A stretch of 64,000 nt of DNA from Rhynchopus sp. YZ270_cl-10 (taxonomy: Eukaryota), in NCBI GenBank assembly GCA_964035575.1, contig OZ037833.1, positions 372,001 through 436,000 on the forward strand, written 5' to 3'. The notes under the pieces are model-generated. The model worked only from the letters and a program-made list of their open reading frames with translations. It did not search any database and had not been told where the DNA came from. Position numbers and translations under genes: made by a program. Shown in pieces: positions 1 to 10,185 of the stretch (position 1 is its first letter; each line of letters opens with the position of its first letter).

Positions 1-876
1 TTGCTTGCGCTGAAGGAAAACGCCGTCTCAGCGCCCGTGTGGTCGTGGATCGTGACAAACCCTGGCTCGCCGGACTTCAAATAGAACGTCAAGTTCCCGT
101 GCGCTGTGCATGTGATAACACCTGCGTATGTCTCTGCACTGGATGAGAGCTCACCGCTCATGCCCCACGTCGTGTCGACACCATCGTAGCTGCCTGCAGC
201 GATGTTCTGTGCGACTGCGTCAGGAGACAGTGCAGGTGTCAGCAGTTCGGGAACGCACTTGTTCGGAACAAAGGTTAATACCACGAACATGGAGAAGAAG
301 TCTACAAACGGAGGACGCCATGCTGCCAGCTTCACACACAGGTCATCACCACGCGCCCACTCAGCACGGTCAAACAGCACACCCGTCGTCTCCACAGTCC
401 CCCAAGACCCTGCCCCTATGTTCACATCCTTCGAGAACAGTGTTGTCGCGTTCGACTCACATCCCTGTGTGATGGACAGCGCCGCACCGAAGACATTTTC
501 TTTAGTTTCGATCCTCAGCCTGGCGATAGACACAACGTAGTTGTCCATCACATCACCCTCAAGCAGGCTGATGGTAGAGCCCACACCAGCAGAAATAGCT
601 CCATACCTGTGTGGTGGTGTTGTGTGTGGCACATTATTCCTCATTCCAATTGCACAAGATGTGTAATATTGTGCTTCGCTCTGTGTGCAAATGTGTACAG
701 ACCTGTGTCTTGCATCTTGACATTGTTCTGAAGTGGAAGAGGGACACATACCCGTCTGTGACGCGCGCCTGTATCCTGTGCATCTCGTGTACCGTGCTGG
801 CCAGTGAAGCCTCTGCCAGAAGAGATAGCAGCACAAAGGCAGTGGTGTGCTTCCCCTGCGCACATGGTGCTGACAT
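1..876 (-). CDS. Predicted secreted/surface protein, runs off left edge; exons 876-752 and 606-<1; paralog of the 40611-41564 gene
   Basis: ATG at 876 gives a hydrophobic leader (MSAPCAQGKHTTAFVLLSLLAEASLA). The GTATGT..ACAG intron 607-751 joins in frame (phase 2) to an exon open to the window edge (YGAISAGVGSTISLLEGDVDG...). Confidence 0.75.
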
Positions 877-1561
877 TGATAGTTGGTATCTGGGTGGTGT
901 GATATGGTGTGGTCGTGTGAGGATGAGTATCCTTGGGTCATATGGGTACAGCCCTGCTTTGCGATGCAGCAGACGAACCCCGAAAGCGATTTCGGCATTT
1001 TCATACATTGAACTCCCCGAGAGTCTCTGAGAGTTTGGCAGGAAATGCCAACAAAAATATACAAACCCCATTCATCTTTTGTTTAGTTGGTACGCTATCC
1101 ATATCATACGCACTGTCCGTCAGGGGGTTACGTTTGGTTTTCTGTTCTTGTTTTCATGCAAATAAAAATTGAAATGTCACTCCTACTTTTCCTTCTTGTG
1201 TTTCCCCACAATAAAACAATAAAGACAAAAGGGAGAGATGGTGAACCTCGTCCTGCGTCGCTGGCACCGCTTGATATGAGTGCAGAGCTACTTCTCGGCG
1301 GAGCCCTCCGGAAATCCTGCAAGCGTTGCGGACTCATATACCGTCACCCTGGACACCCCGGACCCGCTCCAAAGCCGTCACCAGGTTGTACGATCAGGTG
1401 GGGGCCGAATATTTCTTTAGAGTGTCGATGGATACGAGCTTTTGGAGCCACAAAAATATGGCTTCGTCCCACCGGAGTTTGCCGCTCCTGGGACTCCCAG
1501 TTCTTCTGGAACTGCACAAAGCGCTCCTTTCCTGTCCCCGTTCACGCCTCGGATTGCAGAC

Positions 1562-3046
1562 CTAAGATCGTAGAGGAGATGCCCTGCAGTTCAGGAGGAA
1601 GCCTGCCCCTACCTTGACATTGTCAAACACCGAACGGTCTATCGTTTCCAAGGAAACACACCCGGAGAGGAAGGCGCCGCCGACCTGCGTGAGGCTGTGC
1701 AGGCCTGACAGCTCAACGCCCTCCAAAGAGATGCACCCAGAGAGACAGCCGTCTCCAATCTCCCTAACACTGTGCAAACCCGATAGGTCTACAAATGCCA
1801 AAGATTTGCAGTGCGCAAGAAAGTTGCGCCCAATCCGCTGAACCCCACAGAGCTCCGATAGATCCACTGACGTCAACCCTGCACAGCTTAACACGGAGTT
1901 CCCAACCTCTGTTACATCACGCAAACCTGAAAAACATATTGTTTCCAACGCCCTGCAGTCAGAAAGAAAGCTGTCTTCTAACTTCTTTAGACGGTGACAC
2001 CCCAACTCTACTGTACGCAACGCCCGACACCCCGCAAGAAAGTGATGCTGCATCCTCACTACAGATACCCCCACCTCTATTCTCTCCACCGAAACGCATC
2101 CCGAAAAAACGTGGCTTCCGATCTCCTTTACAGACAACCCTGATAGGTCAATCGCAGTCAATGAAGTGCACTGTGTTGCAAATCCGTTAGGAAGCTCTGT
2201 GATTCCGCTTAGCCCGGATACATCGATTATTTCTAATGAGGTGCAGTCTGCGAGGAAGCCTCTTCCGATTTTTGCGAGGCTTCGCAGTACCGACACATCG
2301 ATTGCAGTCAGCGAGGTGCAGCCGTAGAGGAAGCAGGGGCCAATCTCCCTTACACTGCGGAACCCCGACAGATCGACTGCTGTTAAGCCTGTGCAACGAT
2401 ATAAGAAAGGCTCTGCTATCAGCGCCACCCCGCGCAAGCCGGAGAACTCAATGCGCTGCAACGCACTGCAGTCGGAGAGGAAGGTCTCCCCAATCTCCTC
2501 GAGACTGCCAAACCCTGACAAATCTACTTCCACCAAAGCGCTGCAACCTGAAAGAAATCCAGGCCCAATCGTCGTAACCCTGTGCAACCCCGAAAGGTCA
2601 ATGCTTTCCAGCGATCGACACTGCGAAAGAAAGTATGGGCCAATCTCCGTTACAACCGATACAGCGCTAAGGTCAATTCTGCGTAAGCGGGAATGTGCCA
2701 AGAGCCGCTGTGGGATGACAGTCGCAACCTCAGCCTGCAGAAGCAAGCACACCACTTCAGGGTTTTTGGCAGTTGTCAACCTTCCCGGTGTGATGTCGGT
2801 CTCACCCAGTGCATGAAGTGCTGCTGTGGCCTCGTATTTCGTCGTTTTTTTCAGGATGATTGTATCCCCAGCACTCAGTTCTGTGATGTCCTCCCCTTCC
2901 TCCTTCCCTCCGAAGCCCATATGAAAGCTGTCTTCGGCCAACCCCGTTGCTGTCGCCACCTTCCGACGCAGGGCCTCCGTTGTGTCATCCTCACCCACCT
3001 CGATCACATGCTCCGTTTCGTCATACCCCTGTATCGTCACATCCAT
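1562..3046 (-). CDS. Ubiquitin-like N-terminal domain + BspA/TpLRR-like leucine-rich repeat protein, copy 1 (494 aa)
   Basis: Start MDVTIQGYDE is shared by three copies. The first ~70 aa have a beta-grasp-like pattern, followed by ~25-aa repeats IGxxFLxxCxxLxxIDLSGL. Confidence 0.85.
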   Translation of the reverse strand: MDVTIQGYDETEHVIEVGEDDTTEALRRKVATATGLAEDSFHMGFGGKEEGEDITELSAGDTIILKKTTKYEATAALHALGETDITPGRLTTAKNPEVVCLLLQAEVATVIPQRLLAHSRLRRIDLSAVSVVTEIGPYFLSQCRSLESIDLSGLHRVTTIGPGFLSGCSALVEVDLSGFGSLEEIGETFLSDCSALQRIEFSGLRGVALIAEPFLYRCTGLTAVDLSGFRSVREIGPCFLYGCTSLTAIDVSVLRSLAKIGRGFLADCTSLEIIDVSGLSGITELPNGFATQCTSLTAIDLSGLSVKEIGSHVFSGCVSVERIEVGVSVVRMQHHFLAGCRALRTVELGCHRLKKLEDSFLSDCRALETICFSGLRDVTEVGNSVLSCAGLTSVDLSELCGVQRIGRNFLAHCKSLAFVDLSGLHSVREIGDGCLSGCISLEGVELSGLHSLTQVGGAFLSGCVSLETIDRSVFDNVKVGAGFLLNCRASPLRS

Positions 3047-3391
3047 TTTTGTGTTTTTCTCTGTTTTACGTTGTGAAGGCGTGGCGGAGGTGTTTTTGTG
3101 GCAATAAAACAAGACAAATCAAAAAAGCCGATAAGGGGGTATACCGGTGCAGTGTTTCCGCTCTGAAGATATGACCCAAAAAACCTATGCTAAAAATATC
3201 TGCTCCACTTCTCAAGTTCTGCCTTGAGACGCTTGTACTCTGCCGCCAACTGCAAGTTCTGAGTGACGATTTTCGTTCATCCGCATGGCCAAGTTGTGCT
3301 CCTCCCATATCTTATGCATATCAGCCTGCAGGTCTTACTGTGTCCGTGCTGCTGGCTCGCTGGCTGCGGCACCATCGGCTTCGCCATCATA

Positions 3392-4666
3392 TCATGCGTC
3401 AACTTCTTCTATTCCACTGTCGACAACGATGTGCACGTTGCGAGGAAGCCGTCCAGCCCAAGTGTCTGCTTGCATGCCTGTGAGGTCAACAGTCGACAAC
3501 GTCTCGCAATTACGTAAGAAGCCGTTCCCGATCGAAGTGACTGCTTGCATGCCTGTGAGGTCAACAGTCGACAACGTCCTGCAATTAGATAAGAAGCCGT
3601 TCCCGATCGAAGTGACTGCTTTCATGCCTGTGAAATCAACAGTCGACAACGTCTCGCAATTACGTAAGAAGCCGTTCCCGATCGAAGTGACTGCTTGCAT
3701 GCCTGTGAGGTCAACAGTCGACAACGTCGTGCAACCATCTAGGAAGCCGTTCCCGATCGAAGTGACTGCTTGCATGCCTGTGAGGTCAACAGTCGACAAC
3801 GTCCTGCAATTAGCTAAGAAGAAGTGCCCGATCGAAGTGACTGCTTGCATGCCTGTGAGGTCAACAGTCGACAACGTCCTGCAATTAGCTAAGAAGAAGT
3901 GCCCGATCGAAGTGACTGCTTTCATGCCTGTGAAATCAACAGTCGACAACGTCTCGCAATTACGTAAGAAGCCGTTCCCGATCGAAGTGACTGCTTTCAT
4001 GCCTGTGAGGTCAACAGTCGACAACGATATGCAATTAATTAAGAAGTCGTCCCCGATCGAAGTGACTGCTTTCATGCCTGTGAGGTCAACAGTCGACAAC
4101 GTCCTGCAAGTAGATAAGAACCAGCTCCCGATCGAAGTGAGTGCTTGCAGGCCTGTGAGATCAACAGTCCACAACATTGTACAGTCAGTTAGGAACGAGT
4201 GCCCAATGGCGGTGACGAAGGGCAACTTTGGTAGGTCCAGTATGGTGTCGGAAGTGTCACGAATGTCATCCACAATCGACACGCAACTGGAACCAATGCA
4301 CGTGACTGCACTATTCTCGAAGAAGCTGTCTGGGATCGCAGTCACAACTTCTGCCTGCAGAAGCAAGGAAGCCACCTTCGGATCGGTCACCTCCTTCAAC
4401 CTTTCATCTGTGATGTCGGTCTCACCCAGTGCACGAAGTGCTGCTATGGCCTCGTATTTCGTCGTTTTCGTCAGTACTACTTTGTCCCCAGCACTCAGTT
4501 CTGTGATGTCCTCCCCTTCCTCCTTCCCTCCGAAGCCCATATGAAAGCTGTCTTCGGCCAACCCCGTTGCTGTCGCCACCTTCCGACGCAGGGCCTCCGT
4601 TGTGTCATCCTCACCCACCTCGATCACATGCTCCGTTTCGTCATACCCCTGTATCGTCACATCCAT
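3392..4666 (-). CDS. UBL + LRR protein, copy 2 (424 aa)
   Basis: Same N-terminus as copy 1, then ten 25-aa units D(L/F)TGM(Q/K)AVTSIGxxFLxxCxxLSTV. Confidence 0.88.
   Translation of the reverse strand: MDVTIQGYDETEHVIEVGEDDTTEALRRKVATATGLAEDSFHMGFGGKEEGEDITELSAGDKVVLTKTTKYEAIAALRALGETDITDERLKEVTDPKVASLLLQAEVVTAIPDSFFENSAVTCIGSSCVSIVDDIRDTSDTILDLPKLPFVTAIGHSFLTDCTMLWTVDLTGLQALTSIGSWFLSTCRTLSTVDLTGMKAVTSIGDDFLINCISLSTVDLTGMKAVTSIGNGFLRNCETLSTVDFTGMKAVTSIGHFFLANCRTLSTVDLTGMQAVTSIGHFFLANCRTLSTVDLTGMQAVTSIGNGFLDGCTTLSTVDLTGMQAVTSIGNGFLRNCETLSTVDFTGMKAVTSIGNGFLSNCRTLSTVDLTGMQAVTSIGNGFLRNCETLSTVDLTGMQADTWAGRLPRNVHIVVDSGIEEVDA
3465..4200. repeat. 75-bp coding tandem repeat (LRR modules)
   Basis: Cores TCAACAGTCGACAAC and CCCGATCGAAGTGACTGCT recur every 75 nt. 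An equivalent array lies at ~21330-22070. Confidence 0.95.
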
Positions 4667-5469
4667 TTTTTGTGTCTTTCTCTGTTTGTGTTGTGGGGTC
4701 AGGGAAGAAAAAAGGGAGCCCAACTCCCCCCCACGGAATCGCCAACTAGTTGCTCTGTAACCGCACACAGTCTTTCATACGCGGCACTCTCCAGGGCGAA
4801 CACTCAGAAGCAAGACAATAGCAGGACCAGGGAACAGCATTTGAGAAACATTCGTACCTGACGAATCTAAAGCCTCCCTAGAGAGGGTGGGGAACACATC
4901 ATGCTCTCTTGGCCAGTTGGTCGTAATATATATGGGTAGGGGAGGTAACAGCTTTGTTTTTTTTCTTCGTTCTATGGGGTTTCCTTTTACTGAACATTTA
5001 TGGCCGTCCACTTATTTATTTGCATAAGAAGGTACCATTTTGCTCTCTCTACAGGAGCAGCAATAAAGCAAAAAAAAAAAACCCCCCCCCCCGCCCACCC
5101 CCTCACTGCCCTTTATTCACTAATTTTTTTTTTACTTTTTTTTTTGAATTTTGAAAATTAGTGTAGCTACCCAGAGCTGAACTCCATCACTTTTTGTGTT
5201 TCGCTTCACAACTGTAGGTATTCTCTCCTTCACCTCTGCACCCTATAAGAGAGAGGAGAGGCTGAAAAAGAAACGTGGAGACAACAAAAAAAAAGAAAAA
5301 TTCCACCCCACCCCCAAACCCCCAAACCCACACACCCTCTGGTTAATTCACCTCCCCCACAATACCCTACCCCAAACACACCACACCTTTAAAAAAAATG
5401 GGGACAAACAGCCCCCACTCTCCCCATCCTTTTCCCTCATTTTTTTTATTTTATTTTTTTCACCTCCCC

Positions 5470-6396
5470 CTATTTTTTAGGAAAAGAAATGCGCAGATTT
5501 CTTCCAGCTACTGCATGGTCTTGGAGGCCAACTAGGGCACGCATGGCTGTGGTTTCTTCACTGAATTCAACGAAGGCAACGCTTGCGTTTCCTGGTACCA
5601 CTCGGACCTCGAGGAATCCTGGGAAGTGCGTAAACGCCCCGTTGAGCAGTTCTGCGACGTCGGGTCTGTCCTCCGGGCAGTTCTCAACAAAGAGAATCTT
5701 GCTCGGTGTTCCCAACCCTGCCGCTGCCGCTGCCGTCCGCACCCTCTTTTCCCGCCCTTCTGGCGCGTCCCCTTCGAAGCGTCTCTTCTTCTTTGCCTTC
5801 TTCCGTGCAGTGAAGCTGCCGTCCTCCTTCGAAATCACATCAGACTTCACCCTGGCAAACGACAGATCAATGTTCTTGTCGTAGAATGAATACCTGTAGG
5901 GAGAAGGTTTGAAAGTGTGTTTTTTTGTTTTTGTTTTTGCGTTTTGTTTTCGTATTGTATGTCTGTAGTACTTTGTAAGCTAAAGAGGGGGGTCATCGAA
6001 CCCCTTCCACCCTGAGTATATTATATAAAAAAATCCCTCTCATAGCACAGTGCACCTTTTTTGGTACAAATGAACGGTGCATCGTGGCCCCCTCCCCATC
6101 CAACCATGCATGTTTCCATACCCTTGCATCTCTGACATCGCCTCCTGTGCAGACTCTTCTGTTTTGAAGCAGATCCAAGCCTGTCCCTTGCATTTGAGCG
6201 CCTTCGGCCTGCAGTAGATATCCACGATCACGCCGTACTGGTTGAACATCTGCCACAGACTTTTTTTGAGTTCTTCCACGCCAACGCGTTCGCACAGGTT
6301 GCGTACATAGAGCGTTGGGTTGGGAGGGTTGTTCTCGTGTGGCTTGTCATGTGCTGCTGCTGTTGTTGTTGTCGTCTCCTCCCCAGGTTCCGGCAT
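5470..6396 (-). CDS. U1A/U2B''/SNF-family snRNP protein with two RRMs (232 aa); exons 6396-6122 and 5893-5470
   Basis: PNPTLYVRNL...ELKKSL...F.QYG..VDI...LK.KGQAW; splicing of intron 5894-6121 gives MQGYSFYDKNIDLSFARVKSDVI; second RRM PSKILFVENCP...FPGFLEVRVVPG. U1A versus U2B'' cannot be resolved by eye. Confidence 0.9.
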
Positions 6397-6503
6397 CGTT
6401 AACCCTGTTCTTTCTTACCTCTGTGTACGTTATTTTTTTTTTTTTGGGGGGAAATGGGAGGAATTCTCTTTTGCAAAAGTAATGCAATACAAAAAGGAAA
6501 AGA

Positions 6504-6550
6504 AAAGTTTATAAGATGATCCTAAGCCTCTCGTGCTTAGTCACCTTAGA
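6504..6550. repeat. Micro-hairpin family A (AAAGTTTATAAGATGATCCTAAGCCTCTCGTGCTTAGTCACCTTAGA), representative copy
   Basis: Other copies at ~23598, 23821, 23935, 27450, 29611 (internally deleted), 47519, 58832 and 63475, all in the same orientation. Confidence 0.9.
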
Positions 6551-7609
6551 AAAAATAGAGAATTTGAAGGTGCCCTGAAGGATCTTAGCGCTGTTGTTGA
6601 GGACCGAAGAAATCCATTCTCCACACCCATTTCACATAACATCTGTGCCCCCATCCCTCTTCCCCTCTCCTCCTCTCTGAGGAACAATCAATCGTGGTTC
6701 ATAACACCCCCCCTTTTTTTTTGTCGGTTCCTTATTTACAAAAATAAACGGATGGGGGAGGAGGAGGAGGAGGAGGAGAAAAGAATGATGACTGCCTGAC
6801 TGCTTCAGGCTTTAGGCTGAGTAAGTATCGCAAAAGGCGACGATTTATTCCGTTAAGACATCGATAAATCACCGACACCCGAGGTACGTCCTTTGTCCAC
6901 CTCCGTCGCCCGAAGGCTATTTTATTGCACTTAAAAGATGACGAAAGTGGTTTTCCTTACCCCCGTTTCGATCCTAACACCACGTTGTGGTGTAATATTG
7001 GGGGTACCTTTTTTTACCTAAAAGCAGCCTCTCCCCGCTATTTCGTTAACACCTTCTTCGTGCTTTGTTTGGGGTAAATTCTTTGAGGTAAAATCATGAA
7101 CACTCAGTAACACATCCTCAACTCTGGGATTGTAGCTTTCTATAAGAGAATCTATTCTCGCAGCAACACAACAAAAACACCGGAGGGGGGTAAGAACACT
7201 AAGGGTTTTGGGATTTCAAAAACTCCCGAGGGTTTTTTTTTACCGCCGATGTTTTGTTTGTGTTTACTGTATTTTATCGCCACCTTCCTGCAAAATTATT
7301 ACCGCACCCACGACGTTTAGATAACGAAAAACATAGACGGGGGGATTTGGGGGGAAAGAGTATAATTCTTGAACGCATCCCCTCCCTCAGTCCAGGGTTT
7401 TATCCAGGGGGGGTATAGGGGGTACATTGTACCCCCTGAGGATTTTTCCAGATTTTTTTTTGAAAAATGTACCCCCTGTCAGGGGGTACATTTTGTCTTT
7501 TGGGGGTACATAGGAGGGAGGTCCTATCTCACATGTGACCCCACCGTGGAGAGCAATTGGCTCACTCAGTCAAAAGAAGCCAAAAAAAAAAAAAGTTGGG
7601 GTTAAAAAA

Positions 7610-8088
7610 AACAAGTAATTGCTATCGGAAAAAAAACCGGGTGTGCTGTGGAACTCCACTCTGAAAAAAATATAATCTACAACACGCCAGCATTCTGCTC
7701 TTCTGCAGGTATGCTAAAACGCTCTTCGTACGCTGGCCCCACTGGGATGCCTGCATCTGAAACGTTCAAACAGTGGGGCTGTCCTCTTCGTCCAGCACCA
7801 TCTGCTCGATCGCGTTATTGGACGTAGTCTCGGCAGGCTCGATAACCATTCGCTCGGGCGGCCTCGGCATGTTCCAGCTCGTAGTCGTCCACAGGCTCCC
7901 ACGCATCGTCGTCGTCATCAGAGCAGTGCGGAAGGAACACATAATGCACAGACGACAACACGTCGTCGATCGCACCAGGCATCGTCACATCAGCACCTCC
8001 AGAAAATCGCCAGGATGCTATGGTGGTTCCGAAAATCGCGCGGAGTTATCCACAGCACACCCCATTTTTTTCTTAGCAATTAGTTGTT
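7610..8088. mobile_element. Nested inverted-repeat element with GC-rich, decayed coding-like cargo
   Basis: Imperfect ~50-bp IRs AACAAGTAATTGCTA..GGGTGTGCTGTGGA / TCCACAGCACACCC..TAGCAATTAGTTGTT. The interior has stop-interrupted frames. Confidence 0.55.
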
Positions 8089-8270
8089 CTTGTTATTATT
8101 GTTTTCCACACACCTTCCTTCAACCCTTGTAGGATCAGTTCGTATTTTTTTCGCGAAAACATGAAATTACACATTTCAAGAGAACAAAAAATTAAAAAGG
8201 CTTCGCCCCCTCAATGGGACGTCGTAAACCATAATTCCTCAGTGTCAGCCGCATCATTTCAATGAAACCA

Positions 8271-9018
8271 AAAAGTGGCTTATTTGCATTTTTGGGCTCC
8301 GCCCGTGCAGCGGTGGGGTCATTTCGGAAAATTGGACAATTTTTTGACCACTTAAATTTTGAGAAATATGAGCCCGGTTCCTTATACGTGGGCCCATTTT
8401 TGGCCAAAATTTTTCTCAAAATCGACGAAATTAAAATTAGACCCCTTACCCCCCCCCAGAATCATTTCAATACACTACCTGTATTGGTTGCTGACGCGTG
8501 TATACAGGAAGGTTGGGAAAAGTGGCTTATTTGCATTTTTGGGCTCCGCCCGTGCAGCGGTGGGGTCATTTCGGAAAATTGGACAATTTTTTGACCACTT
8601 AAATTTTGAGAAATATGAGCCCGGTTCCTTATACGTGGGCCCATTTTTGGCCAAAATTTTTCTCAAAATCGACGAAATTAAAATTAGACCCCTTACCCCC
8701 CCCCCCAGAATCATTTCAATACACTACCTGTATTGGTTGCTGACGCGTGTATACAGGAAGGTTGGGAAAAGTGGCTTATTTGCATTTTTGGGCTCCGCCC
8801 GTGCAGCGGTGGGGTCATTTCGGAAAATTGGACAATTTTTTGACCACTTAAATTTTGAGAAATATGAGCCCGGTTCCTTATACGTGGGCCCATTTTTGGC
8901 CAAAATTTTTCTCAAAATCGACGAAATTAAAATTAGACCCCTTACCCCCCCCCAGAATCATTTCAATACACTACCTGTATTGGTTGCTGACGCGTGTATA
9001 CAGGAAGGTTGGGAAAAG
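8271..9018. repeat. Three tandem copies of a 247-249 bp unit
   Basis: Units start at 8271, 8518 and 8767 (AAAAGTGGCTTATTTGCA...) and appear to differ only in poly-C length. Confidence 0.95.
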
Positions 9019-9575
9019 ACAGTGTCCCCATGCTACCAACAAATATGACGTCTAGTTGCTCAAAGTTTTTTGCGACTGGTACTCTAAGCAGACAATTGGT
9101 GTAACAGGTTTACCCGACAAAGTCACACCAAGGCTGTGGTCAGACGGTCTAAGAACAAAGTGAACGTGCAGATGCCTCAGCTCTTGTCTCTTATCAGCCA
9201 GGACTGCGAAAACAGCGATAACAAGTTACAGCGATAATGATTTCTCTTCCACTGAAGTTTGCGTGAGAGAAACACTCCCGTACGTAGCCGTGGCAGTTGA
9301 AGTTATACCAATGGTAGGATCGATAAGTTCATGAGACGGGCAAATCGGAGAACCAACTTCGGGACGGCTCATACGAAGCCGTGCGAGAACAATTTGAGAA
9401 GATCAGCGTAGTTTTTTCCCCGCAGGGGAAAAAACTTTTCTTCATTACACAGGGTTCTATACAGCATTCCGCCCACGAGGGGCTGGCTCGGTCAGAATCG
9501 GTTTGACTCGGTCAGCCCAAAAAAAAATTTTCCCCCCTCCACAGGGAATTATATAGGTTTTGGGGTTTTTCGCTG

Positions 9576-10128
9576 AAACTCGGTCGAGCCCGGGTCCCCA
9601 ACCTAGCTCAAGTTGGGGGCCTCCGGCGGAATGTGAGAATTCCTCGGTTATCCAACTGCGGAGTTCGGCACTTCATTGAAGCAATTCGTGCACCAGGCAC
9701 AAGTGGTACACGAATTGTCTGTAGCCTCAGTACATTTATAACAAAGAAAGGGTGGTCACGGCACCCAAAGCGAAGCCACGGTACGCAACATTTCTAAAAA
9801 AAAGTTGACACAAAACGGCACTGTCGCTGGTAATTGTGGTCAGCTTCCGTAATTTTACTCCCCTGTTTTTCTAAAACGAAAGCTTCTGGCGAAGCCACGG
9901 TACGCAACATTTCTAAAAATTGCGCTTAAAATTGCACATTTTTACTGCAAAAGTATATCATGGGAAGGGTGGGTTGCAATCTTGCGCCGCAGGCGCACGG
10001 TACGCTACTTTTATTATTTCGCCATGCTGCATGCTTCCTTTTCCTTCGGCGTTTGACCAATTGAGTCGCGTTCTGGCTGTGACGGGGTCACTTTGTTCAT
10101 GAGGCCATTTCTGGTCACTCTCAGAGGC
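9576..10128. repeat. Dispersed repeat, also at ~15407-15815 and partially at ~58270-58375
   Basis: Shared AAACTCGGTCGAGCCCGG..., GGCGAAGCCACGGTACGCAAC, GCGCCGCAGGCGCACGGTACGCTAC and ...GGTCACTCTCAGAGGCT. Confidence 0.85.
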
Positions 10129-10185
10129 TCGTGGGAGGTACCAAAATTTCCACCCCAAGATTTGGGAAAAAAATCTGAGATTTAT

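Noticed and set aside
3465..4200. CRISPR-like alternation of constant and variable blocks
   Set aside because: The period is exactly 75 nt in an open frame encoding LRR units; there are no cas genes and the context is eukaryotic.
6504..6553. Family A as a single-hairpin H/ACA (AGA-box) guide RNA
   Set aside because: The hairpin is followed by AGA on +, but it is short and has no two-sided pseudouridylation pocket; not supportable without expression data.
7700..7760. Minus-strand peptide QWGQRTKSVLAYLQ resembling the Rad21/Rec8 C-terminal region
   Set aside because: It is too short, flanked by stops, has no winged-helix continuation, and another frame looks equally coding-like.
8359..9048. 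229-aa ORF and neighbouring ORFs
   Set aside because: Products of the 247-249 bp tandem repeat; the frame depends on poly-C length.
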